Assembly: GCA_016186795.1 (NCBI GenBank)
Contig: JACPKY010000002.1
Coordinates: 861,892 to 925,891, forward strand
From: Candidatus Gottesmanbacteria bacterium
GTDB taxonomy: Bacteria > Patescibacteriota > Microgenomatia > 2-02-FULL-39-11
Direction: 5' to 3'
DNA length: 64,000 nucleotides
The notes under the pieces are model-generated. The model saw only the letters and a program-made list of their open reading frames with translations, did not search any database and was not told the origin of the DNA. Positions 17,724 through 25,765 of the stretch are shown one piece after another. Each line of letters opens with the position of its first letter. Within the stretch, counting starts at the first letter, position 1. The translations under genes were made by a program, and so were the position numbers.

Positions 17724-18374
17724 TTAACATCCGAGTTCTCCAACACGACACGGGGTCAATGTATCTTTTATTTTCGGCTTACCGGGATCTTTACCAGAAA
17801 CAATGTAATCCTTTCCCTCGGTTAGCGTCTCACTATCATGGTTCCAAAGATTCCAGAAGTAACGCCATTCGTTCCACCCTATATTAAGATGTTTCACAAA
17901 TATTCCGTTTTCGGCAAGAAGCTTTCCAATTTTTCTGCCGGTCATACACGGCATACTATAGCAGTAAACGATAATATCTTTCTCTTTGGAGAGTGCACGA
18001 AACTGTTGGATAATTCGATCCTTCTCTTCACGCTCTGTATCAACAGAAATAGAAGTATTCGGATCTTTGTAAGTTGGAATATTTATTGCGCCGATGACGT
18101 GCTCTTTCTCGTACTCTAGACTACTTCGAAGATCAACAAGAATAAAATCACTCACTCCTTGATCCATCTTCTTACGAACCGTATGGGGGCTTACATGGAC
18201 TGCGTTTTCCGTAAGATAATAATCTCTGATGAGATCTTCCTTTGATGGATTTTGGGATCGCATAAGACTATATGTTGTAACGCTTCCAACAAGCGCGCCG
18301 ATAATTGAACAAAGGATGATTATTACCAGACTACGTGATACAGCTATCTTTAGTATTTTATTAGGTTTTTTCAT
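17724..18374 (-). CDS. membrane-anchored rhodanese-domain protein
   Basis: LVDLR, EHVIGAINIP, VYCYSMPC, LNIGWNEW. Confidence 0.87.
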   Translation of the reverse strand: MKKPNKILKIAVSRSLVIIILCSIIGALVGSVTTYSLMRSQNPSKEDLIRDYYLTENAVHVSPHTVRKKMDQGVSDFILVDLRSSLEYEKEHVIGAINIPTYKDPNTSISVDTEREEKDRIIQQFRALSKEKDIIVYCYSMPCMTGRKIGKLLAENGIFVKHLNIGWNEWRYFWNLWNHDSETLTEGKDYIVSGKDPGKPKIKDTLTPCRVGELGC

Positions 18375-18449
18375 ATTAGTCTAATACGTAGTGGATGATT
18401 CTACCAGTTATTCCCTGTTATTACAAAATAATACGGGTTATAAGCTGAA

Positions 18450-19016
18450 CTAAATTCTCAACTCTCTCCGTAATACGTCAAGAATAATTACTGCATCTTC
18501 TGGTGCGCTGAAGTGATCTTTCCCGTTATAGGTTATTAACTCCGCACTCAAATCTTTCGCAATTGAGACTCCTTGAGAAAAAGGAATTGAACTATCATCT
18601 TTGGAATGGATAACAATAAACTTTCCACCCAACTGTTTAATTTTTTTCATATCAATACGATGGGTAAAGAAATCGGGATATGCCTCTCCATTATGCCTCT
18701 GGGTGTTTTCAACTGCGTTGGCAAATGCAGCGATGAGAAATACTTTTTCAACGCGTTTTTTATATTTCTCTAGATACAAAAGAGCGGCCCGAGTTCCTAA
18801 ACTATGCCCGACAATAATTAATGGCTTCTTTGTATTATTTATTACAGAATGTAAAACACGCAGCCACTGAGACGCTTTTGGAGATTGTCTTCCAGGAAGA
18901 TCAGGAATTGCAAAATCTACATGTAATTTTTTCAGTTCCTTTGCAATAGCTGGATACCAATCCGATAGTGATGATGCGGTATATCCATGGATGAAAACGA
19001 TTGAGAAGTTTATCAT
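18450..19016 (-). CDS. RBBP9/YdeN-family alpha/beta hydrolase
   Basis: FIHGY, GHSLG, HSKDD, DHF. Confidence 0.9.
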   Translation of the reverse strand: MINFSIVFIHGYTASSLSDWYPAIAKELKKLHVDFAIPDLPGRQSPKASQWLRVLHSVINNTKKPLIIVGHSLGTRAALLYLEKYKKRVEKVFLIAAFANAVENTQRHNGEAYPDFFTHRIDMKKIKQLGGKFIVIHSKDDSSIPFSQGVSIAKDLSAELITYNGKDHFSAPEDAVIILDVLRRELRI

Positions 19017-19067
19017 TGTATTGTAATAATTTGGTGTCTCCTCATAAATGCTCTCCCTGAACCGGAT

Positions 19068-19328
19068 TTAGGTATTATTCAGAAATTTACTAAGTAGTGT
19101 TTTAATCGTTTTTCTTCCATAACCTCCCTTTAAATACTCTTCCCTGTTTTTCGCATCAATCCTATTTTGGAAGGCTTCGTAAAAGATAAGTTTATAGGGA
19201 ATATATGGTTTTGTGGCGAGATTATTTCCTGAGTTATGTTTTTTAAGTCTTTTTCGAAGATCTGAAGTGTAGCCGATATAGAAACTTTTATCTTTGATAC
19301 TTTGGAGAATATAAACGTAGTAGAACAT
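19068..19328 (-). CDS. small GIY-YIG nuclease
   Basis: YVYIL..FYIGYTSDLRKRLKKHN, REEYLK. Confidence 0.93.
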   Translation of the reverse strand: MFYYVYILQSIKDKSFYIGYTSDLRKRLKKHNSGNNLATKPYIPYKLIFYEAFQNRIDAKNREEYLKGGYGRKTIKTLLSKFLNNT

Positions 19329-19330
19329 TG

Positions 19331-19407
19331 GCGGGACGTAAGAAATTTATGAAATAAATTTCAACGTCCCAGCAACGTTGAAATTGCTATGCAATTTCTT
19401 ACGTTGC
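19331..19407. repeat. hairpin-doublet element at tRNA-Ser(ACT) 3' end, copy 2
   Basis: Homologous to 14140-14215 with compensatory stem changes. Confidence 0.85.
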
Positions 19408-19493
19408 GGAGAGGGTGGGATTTGAACCCACGGCCCGGTTTCCCGGACGGCGGTTTAGTAAACCGCTGCACTAGGCCACTATGCGACCTCTCC
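19407..19493 (-). tRNA. tRNA-Ser(ACT), A34 anticodon
   Basis: GCGGT-TT ACT AA-ACCGC; long variable arm; acceptor and T-arm identical to tRNA-Ser(GCT); G73. Confidence 0.9.
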
Positions 19494-19521
19494 TGTTTTT
19501 TGGATTATATCATTTGGAGGA

Positions 19522-21225
19522 CTATTCCAGTACTTTGTACACTTCTACTTCGCTATTTTTAAAAATACTTTTGAGGTATGGATTATTACTGCCGGTAAAA
19601 CCGAGATTTCGTTCTTCCCATCCCACGTATATATAGGAAATGTTATTTTTTGTCAGATACTCATGAGCTTTTTCAAAGGAGAGGTTGTTGGAGAAAAATT
19701 GATGTTTTTGGATATCTCCCTTATCAATAAAGTCTAACTTATTTGCGTTGCCGGATAACGCAGGAATATGAAACGATGCCTCCTTTCCGGCAAGGACAGT
19801 TGTTGCAAATGGCGTATTCCGCTCTAAAAATGCATATGCATTATACTGTTGTTTAGTCGGAAAGTAGAGCGATTGGAAATAGGATAGATTTGAATACGTG
19901 TATAAATTCTGGCCGTATGAAACATAGAGTGTAGGAAGTGTTACGAGGAAAGAAATACCGGTAATGATTCCTACCCAAATGTTTTGAGAGATACGAACAA
20001 AGAGTATCCGAGAAAGAATCTCTAGATGCTTCCCAGAGAAACGAATGCTCTCAACCGCCAAGACTCCCATCGGTATGTAATATAACCCTTGAAGAAACCG
20101 GTACTGTTCAATCCCTAACAAATTACCTCGAAGAAATAAGCCACTTTGAGCAATTACCCACGCAATACACACGATGTACCATTTTCGTTGGACGTCTGAA
20201 TGGATAACCTTCCAGAGACAGATAAAAATTCCAAAGAATGAGAAAAGCGCCAACGGGCCAAGAGCAAGAAAAAGATCAGAAAATGTAATAAGACTATTCC
20301 CGATGAAAAACTTAAAAACGTTCGATATCTCTCCCCAGGGGTATGCTGTAAGGAGTTTTTCATAGTACAAAAGAAGAGGAAGGTTACAAAGAAATAGAAT
20401 AAGAGTCAGAAAAACATCTTTTACAAAATCCATATGTGAAACGGCATAGACAAGTGAACGAAATGAGAATCTTTTCTGCTTAACAGTTTTATGAAGAACC
20501 ATAACTACAGGAGTAAGGAAAAGATAGAGAGAAAGCGTTGCGTAAAAAATGAGGCTGTTGACGGGATTGGCATAAATAAAAACAGACGTAAGGAAAACCA
20601 AATATATTATTTTTTTCATAAATGGCCCTCGAAAGGAAACAAATACCCATACGGCTGGAATGAAAAAGACGAAACTAAAAAGATAATGCGGTAACCCTGT
20701 CGCCCGGGTGAAGATATTGAGTTGTTGGATCCAACTTAAGTAGCGCGAAAAAGATGGACTATCCATCTGGTATGTCGTCGGAAAACCGGAAATCCAGAAA
20801 ACAAAAAGAAGGCCAAGAAATGTCCAAATCTTGCTTTTGAACACCGACTGGTAAAAAAACATCAGAAGAAAAGAAAAAAGTAACCCAAGAACAAACCGGT
20901 CAATATGGTAAATGACAATAGAATTTAATCCTCCAAGAAATCCTAAGATGTATCCAGAGATTGTATATATCCCATGAATCCACGCTGTATATGAGGTAAT
21001 CGAGTTCATCAAAAAGCGTTCATCAAGATGTCCACGCACACCATTTTCAACAAATGAGAGATAGACGAAATAGTCAGAATCCCACCAGTGGATTCCAGAA
21101 AAGATATGGTCGGGAGGAGTCTTAACAAGAAGTATTATCCACGGAGAAAAAGAAAAGAGAAATGTGGCAAGAACAAACAACGGAAGAGCTAAAGTTCTTA
21201 TGAAAATATTGAACTCATTTTTCAT
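19522..21225 (-). CDS. polytopic membrane protein, GT-C glycosyltransferase-like
   Basis: Many TM helices, loop DSDYFVYLS, C-terminal NISYIYVG..E..FKNSEVEVYKV. Confidence 0.65.
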   Translation of the reverse strand: MKNEFNIFIRTLALPLFVLATFLFSFSPWIILLVKTPPDHIFSGIHWWDSDYFVYLSFVENGVRGHLDERFLMNSITSYTAWIHGIYTISGYILGFLGGLNSIVIYHIDRFVLGLLFSFLLMFFYQSVFKSKIWTFLGLLFVFWISGFPTTYQMDSPSFSRYLSWIQQLNIFTRATGLPHYLFSFVFFIPAVWVFVSFRGPFMKKIIYLVFLTSVFIYANPVNSLIFYATLSLYLFLTPVVMVLHKTVKQKRFSFRSLVYAVSHMDFVKDVFLTLILFLCNLPLLLYYEKLLTAYPWGEISNVFKFFIGNSLITFSDLFLALGPLALFSFFGIFICLWKVIHSDVQRKWYIVCIAWVIAQSGLFLRGNLLGIEQYRFLQGLYYIPMGVLAVESIRFSGKHLEILSRILFVRISQNIWVGIITGISFLVTLPTLYVSYGQNLYTYSNLSYFQSLYFPTKQQYNAYAFLERNTPFATTVLAGKEASFHIPALSGNANKLDFIDKGDIQKHQFFSNNLSFEKAHEYLTKNNISYIYVGWEERNLGFTGSNNPYLKSIFKNSEVEVYKVLE

Positions 21226-21287
21226 CGTTAATGTTTAACTTAATCATATCATTGAGAAAATGTGGGTAAAATCTCTATAATGGAAAG

Positions 21288-22070
21288 ATGATTTATCCAC
21301 TGTATGTTCTCCTTCTCGGGATGCTTGCCGGTCTACACGCAGCTTGTTACGGCGCATATAAAGATAGCCCATACGAACGCTTTAAATTGAATCGATTCGT
21401 CCGGGAAATAAGTATTGGAGCAATTTCCGCTCTTTTTATTTTCTTCAGTACAGAAACCAGAAATGTACACCCGGCAATTCTTTTTCTTTCATTTGTCGCC
21501 TGTTCACGGATTTTTACAGAATCATACAAATTATTTATTCGTGAAGAATCCCAAAAAAAATATAAAATCCCCTCCATGCTCCATATCTTCAAAAACGTCC
21601 TAACATCCCGACTCCAAAGAATTCTTATTGGTGTTGTTGCGTATGTTATTTTTGCAGGATTTTTCGTGCTTGCATTCAAGATCTCCAGTATTTTCTCCAT
21701 CCCTATAAGCGGCGTACTGATTGGACTCATTACTGGATTAATAACAGGTTTTGGAGGTGCATATAAAGATGGCTTTTTCGAGGGTTTTCAAATTCGAAAG
21801 TTCTTCAGAAGTCCGATTATCGGAGCTCTTTCAGGATATCTCCTATCGTATTTAACAGCAGAACCACTTTTCCTTCTTTTATCATCATGGGGGTTGGAAC
21901 GGATGATCGTAGAATTCTATAAAGGGTTTGTAAAAGCAAAATATGTACCAGGGAAATTTAATTTCATAAAAGCTCGGTACCCAGAGTATTTCCTCAAGCG
22001 AAAACGCATCATACCTGCTTATGTAGCAACATGGTTCACCCTCGTATTTCTCCTTCTTTATAGAATATAA
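21288..22070 (+). CDS. hypothetical membrane protein with internal duplication
   Basis: GAYKD..E.F...F.R motif occurs twice. Confidence 0.7.
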   Translation: MIYPLYVLLLGMLAGLHAACYGAYKDSPYERFKLNRFVREISIGAISALFIFFSTETRNVHPAILFLSFVACSRIFTESYKLFIREESQKKYKIPSMLHIFKNVLTSRLQRILIGVVAYVIFAGFFVLAFKISSIFSIPISGVLIGLITGLITGFGGAYKDGFFEGFQIRKFFRSPIIGALSGYLLSYLTAEPLFLLLSSWGLERMIVEFYKGFVKAKYVPGKFNFIKARYPEYFLKRKRIIPAYVATWFTLVFLLLYRI

Positions 22071-22101
22071 TTTTTTTCCACTCCAATGCCGCCAGGAGAC
22101 T

Positions 22102-24090
22102 TCAGTCGTTTTCGTTCACGTCTTGCAAAATAATTACCGAATCATTTTCAAAAAGTGTCATAAATCCTTCACGCGCGGCCTTTTCCAAAAAATAGTGATT
22201 GTAGGGTTTATGGAGAAAAATAAGAGGTTTATCCCCAAGCGCTCGTCTGTCTTCAAATGCACCTGTTCGTTCATCGAAATACCGATACAGGGTATTAAGT
22301 TGGAATTGAGGGTCTTTGCCGGTTTGTCTGACATACCCAGGACTTGCGATATAGACATGTCTTTCAGATAACGCTGGAATATAAATCGGATCATGTCCGG
22401 ACCTTTGTGGATCAGTATACTGACGCGGATCGATAAGAATGACTGCATTTTTTGGTGTATTCTCTTTGAGAAAGTTAATTGCCTCCATTTCATTCATTCC
22501 AACAGAATCCACCGTTGACACTAATTTTTCATAGAGATACTTCATATTAGTCGGAATAGCCAGAAGAATACTTACAAAAATAATCGCCGGACCAAGAATA
22601 GAGCGGTTTATCCTCCTTGGGAAATAGTAAAACTTCTCAAGAGAGAAAGTGGTTAAAACTCCCAAAAGAACAAGAGCGTATGGAGTGAACTGGACAATAT
22701 TGTAGGATGTAATGTTGAGGTTAAATAAAAGTGGGATAGAAAAACTTACAAAGATACTCCATGCAATATACCAGATCGTCAGTTTCGACAGTCCAGTTTT
22801 TACTTTCCGGTTGACCAATAATAAAGCAAGTACGGCAACACCTGTTATTCTCACACCTAAGTTTCCTACGAGATAAATAGTAAACTCAATACCCTTCAGC
22901 TTTAAAAGTCCAAGGGTATTACCGATACTCTTGTAGTAGCTTTCGATCTCCCCGAACTTAACAAGATGAAGCCCGTCATTTTTCGTCATCATTTCTGTCA
23001 GAACCCACCCGGGGTAGAAGTTGAGCGTGGCCTTTTGGGGCTCGGTAATATAGAAGAAAATGGGGAGGAAAAGCATCCATATCATGGGTATAATCCATAA
23101 TAATTTCCATTTCCTCATACCGATGCCGAAAGAAAGAATACTGAAAGTCAGTGCAGAAACCATCGTAACGGCGGCAAAAGATTTGAACCCATAGGACGAG
23201 CCTGTAAGAAGAACAAGGAGAAGAACCCATCTCCATTGGATCTTTTTTTGTGCATCAATGACCATTGATAGGATATACGTGCTGAAAAGGAGAAAAGAAA
23301 ATGCAAGTACGGAATACGGATTCACAATTTGACTAAGAGGTTGATCTACAAGAAAGGTGTTTCCTTCCCAGTTAAAATTCCAGCCATACCAAAGTACAAG
23401 GAGGTATGATATGCTCCCGCAGAAAAATCCCATGAATATCGTCAACCCTTGGAAAAAATGACTTTTTGTGAAAAGAGTGCTCACTGCATACAAACTTAGT
23501 CCGAAAAGAAGTGATACTAGGATGGGCATGAAATGAAAATAAAGATCGATGAAATTGATATGGGTTATCCGATGAGCTGTTGCGACAAAAAGAGGATAAA
23601 AATAATGATTGTTTTTCAGGGGAAGACCAACCATGGCAGGGTTTTGTGGTGGAAATCTGTCTGATAACTCAACTGAAAGGGCAATTCCCCACATTGTATC
23701 GTGCATAAAAGGGAAGAAGTATCTATCCTTCCCTTTCATACCGCCTGGAAAAAGGATAATAGTCTGGGAAATAACTGCAAGTAAGAGCACCAAGAGAATG
23801 CCTTTATTCGTAATTCGTACTCGCGTAGGTATCTGCCATTTTCTTAAAACCTGAAAAAAGAGAAAGAAAATACTCACAACAGGTAAAATCCACAGAATCC
23901 AAAACTCAAATCCGAAAAATCGGATAAGAAATGTAACAAGCGTTAACTGAACAATACCGATAATAAGCAAAAGACCAGTACGTATGAGTTTATCTTCAGG
24001 AAGTTGTATCTTTACTAGCTTGAAAAGGAAAATCGATGGAAGGATAACAAAAAGAAGGAGGAAGAGAAGAAAAGTTACAATCATTTTCAA
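22102..24090 (-). CDS. polytopic membrane protein, GT-C glycosyltransferase-like
   Basis: Many TM helices, HD..W, PPQNP..G..L..HYF, FLKENTPKNAVIL. Confidence 0.65.
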   Translation of the reverse strand: MKMIVTFLLFLLLFVILPSIFLFKLVKIQLPEDKLIRTGLLLIIGIVQLTLVTFLIRFFGFEFWILWILPVVSIFFLFFQVLRKWQIPTRVRITNKGILLVLLLAVISQTIILFPGGMKGKDRYFFPFMHDTMWGIALSVELSDRFPPQNPAMVGLPLKNNHYFYPLFVATAHRITHINFIDLYFHFMPILVSLLFGLSLYAVSTLFTKSHFFQGLTIFMGFFCGSISYLLVLWYGWNFNWEGNTFLVDQPLSQIVNPYSVLAFSFLLFSTYILSMVIDAQKKIQWRWVLLLVLLTGSSYGFKSFAAVTMVSALTFSILSFGIGMRKWKLLWIIPMIWMLFLPIFFYITEPQKATLNFYPGWVLTEMMTKNDGLHLVKFGEIESYYKSIGNTLGLLKLKGIEFTIYLVGNLGVRITGVAVLALLLVNRKVKTGLSKLTIWYIAWSIFVSFSIPLLFNLNITSYNIVQFTPYALVLLGVLTTFSLEKFYYFPRRINRSILGPAIIFVSILLAIPTNMKYLYEKLVSTVDSVGMNEMEAINFLKENTPKNAVILIDPRQYTDPQRSGHDPIYIPALSERHVYIASPGYVRQTGKDPQFQLNTLYRYFDERTGAFEDRRALGDKPLIFLHKPYNHYFLEKAAREGFMTLFENDSVIILQDVNEND

Positions 24091-24106
24091 CGCAGTCGGG
24101 ACTACA

Positions 24107-24197
24107 TGGCGGAGAGGGTGGGATTTGAACCCACGGTCCCCTTACGAGGACAGCGCATTAGCACTGCGCCGCACTAGACCAACTATGCGACCTCTCC
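24107..24197 (-). tRNA. tRNA-Ser(GCT), CCA encoded
   Basis: GCGCA-GT GCT AA-TGCGC; long variable arm. Confidence 0.93.
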
Positions 24198-24226
24198 AAA
24201 ATCAACATATTATATCAAAGAGCTTC

Positions 24227-24895
24227 TTATCCATGCGCGACAACAATTGCCCATACAATTTTTACACCATTTCTTTTCAACACTTTTGCGCATTCGGAAA
24301 GTGTTGCCCGGGTTGTACCGACATCATCCACTAATCCAAGACACTTTCCTGTCAGTTCCTTCTTAGATCCCACAATAAATGCATTTCTGGTATTTTTCTT
24401 CCTATCTTCAAGCGATAAATCTGCTTGAGATTTCGTATTTTCTACTCGCTCCAAAGAAGTTGGAATAACTGGAACATGAATCCTCTCCCCTAATCCTTGA
24501 GCAAGAAGAAGACTTTGATTGAACCCTCTTTCCTTTTCCCGAGATGGATGAAGCGGAACAGGGGTGAGAAAATCAAATGGAGGAAGAGATGAAAAGAAGG
24601 AAATATCAAACATTTCTATAATTGAGGGAACGATATCATACACATGTTGATACTTCAGAAGATGTATTGCTTTTTTTATAGGACCCCGGAAATACACTGC
24701 CGCATACATACCATCCAAACCATAAGAAGTGAGACATCGTATGTGTGTACGACCATCGAGTGCAGGGCGAGCGCACACGGGACAAATCTGCTGAGAAATA
24801 CGCTCAATATGTGCGACGCATGATTTGCAGAAATAATTCCCAATCTTCCCACATCCGACACATCGAGGAGGAAAGAGAAGATCAAGAATGTGCAT
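24227..24895 (-). CDS. comF: ComF family protein
   Basis: LFPPRCVGC zinc ribbon, PVPLH..R..ERGFNQS, LVDDVGTT; start at ATG 24895. Confidence 0.92.
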   Translation of the reverse strand: MHILDLLFPPRCVGCGKIGNYFCKSCVAHIERISQQICPVCARPALDGRTHIRCLTSYGLDGMYAAVYFRGPIKKAIHLLKYQHVYDIVPSIIEMFDISFFSSLPPFDFLTPVPLHPSREKERGFNQSLLLAQGLGERIHVPVIPTSLERVENTKSQADLSLEDRKKNTRNAFIVGSKKELTGKCLGLVDDVGTTRATLSECAKVLKRNGVKIVWAIVVAHG

Positions 24896-24916
24896 AAAAT
24901 CCCGAGGGGCGAAGTG

Positions 24917-25311
24917 TGGAGATGTCCGGTATTGAGCCGGAGTCCGAAGTAACAATTCGAAAATGTCTACAAGCGTAGTCAATACTATAAAAGCGTGGTC
25001 TTTATTGACAAAGACGATTCACGACAGTGTTGGTCTAGAATCCTCCGAAATCAACCGACCAGTTGATTTCTGACGTCCTGACTGTGTTTACACCGATACC
25101 TCTCCATCAGGAGAGAGAACTACCGATGCATGCTGAGGCGTAAGATTTACGCGTAGGCATGAGCAAGTTGTCGTCCGCCGGTTAAGGCATCGAGAGCAAC
25201 AAGCTTTTCTGCTGATTCATTAGCAGGTATGTTTGGTAATGTTTTACGGCTTTCTTACCACCGCCGGCTTGCAATTTTCAAAGTGCTCGCTTCGTCGAAC
25301 GAAGCATCCCC
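24917..25311 (-). ncRNA. ssrA: tmRNA
   Basis: 5' GGGGATG pairs with 3' CATCTCC-A (G3:U70); tag ORF ANESAEKLVALDALTGGRQLAHAYA*; abuts smpB. Confidence 0.92.
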
Positions 25312-25315
25312 TATT

Positions 25316-25756
25316 CTAAATTTTCCCTTTTACAATTCTTTGAATATCTCTTTCCATATCCCGTTTTTTCAAGGCTTCCCGCTTTTCGTACTGCCTTTTC
25401 CCCTTCCCAAGACCAATTTTTAGCTTCACAAAGCCATGTTTAGTATAACATTCAAGAGGCACAAGTGTCAAACGACTTGATGCTAATTTTACCTTGAGAG
25501 ATAGGATTTCATTTTTATGCATCAGAAGTTTTCGAGTCCTTTTGGAGTCATACCCTTCGGGACGAGCGTAAGGATACGGAAAAATCTGCGCATTCACCAA
25601 ATATACCTCACTCCCGGTAATTTTTACAAACGATCCTTCAAGAGACATTCTCCCTCCTTTTATGGATTTTACTTCCGCACCCAATAGGTGAATACCTGCT
25701 TCAAACGTATCCAGAATAGTAAAATCGTGGTGAGCCTTTTTGTTTACAATTTTCAT
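25316..25756 (-). CDS. smpB: SsrA-binding protein
   Basis: NKKA, EAGI.LLGAEVKSIK, RTRKLL, GKGKRQYEKR. Confidence 0.97.
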   Translation of the reverse strand: MKIVNKKAHHDFTILDTFEAGIHLLGAEVKSIKGGRMSLEGSFVKITGSEVYLVNAQIFPYPYARPEGYDSKRTRKLLMHKNEILSLKVKLASSRLTLVPLECYTKHGFVKLKIGLGKGKRQYEKREALKKRDMERDIQRIVKGKI

Positions 25757-25765
25757 GAAGAGAAA

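Noticed and set aside
18421-18448. dif-like TTACAAAATAA-TACGGG-TTATAAGCTGA
   Set aside because: The inner ATAA-N6-TTAT is present but the outer arms match XerC/XerD sites poorly, it is single-copy, and such a match is plausible by chance in AT-rich DNA.
22088-22101. GCCGCCAGGAGAC as a third copy of the att-like site
   Set aside because: Only about 8 bp shared; the conserved AAAGTTAGAACC arm is missing.
24896-24982. N-terminal extension of ComF in the ORF track
   Set aside because: Overlaps the tmRNA 3' end; the family begins at MHILDLLFPP (24895).
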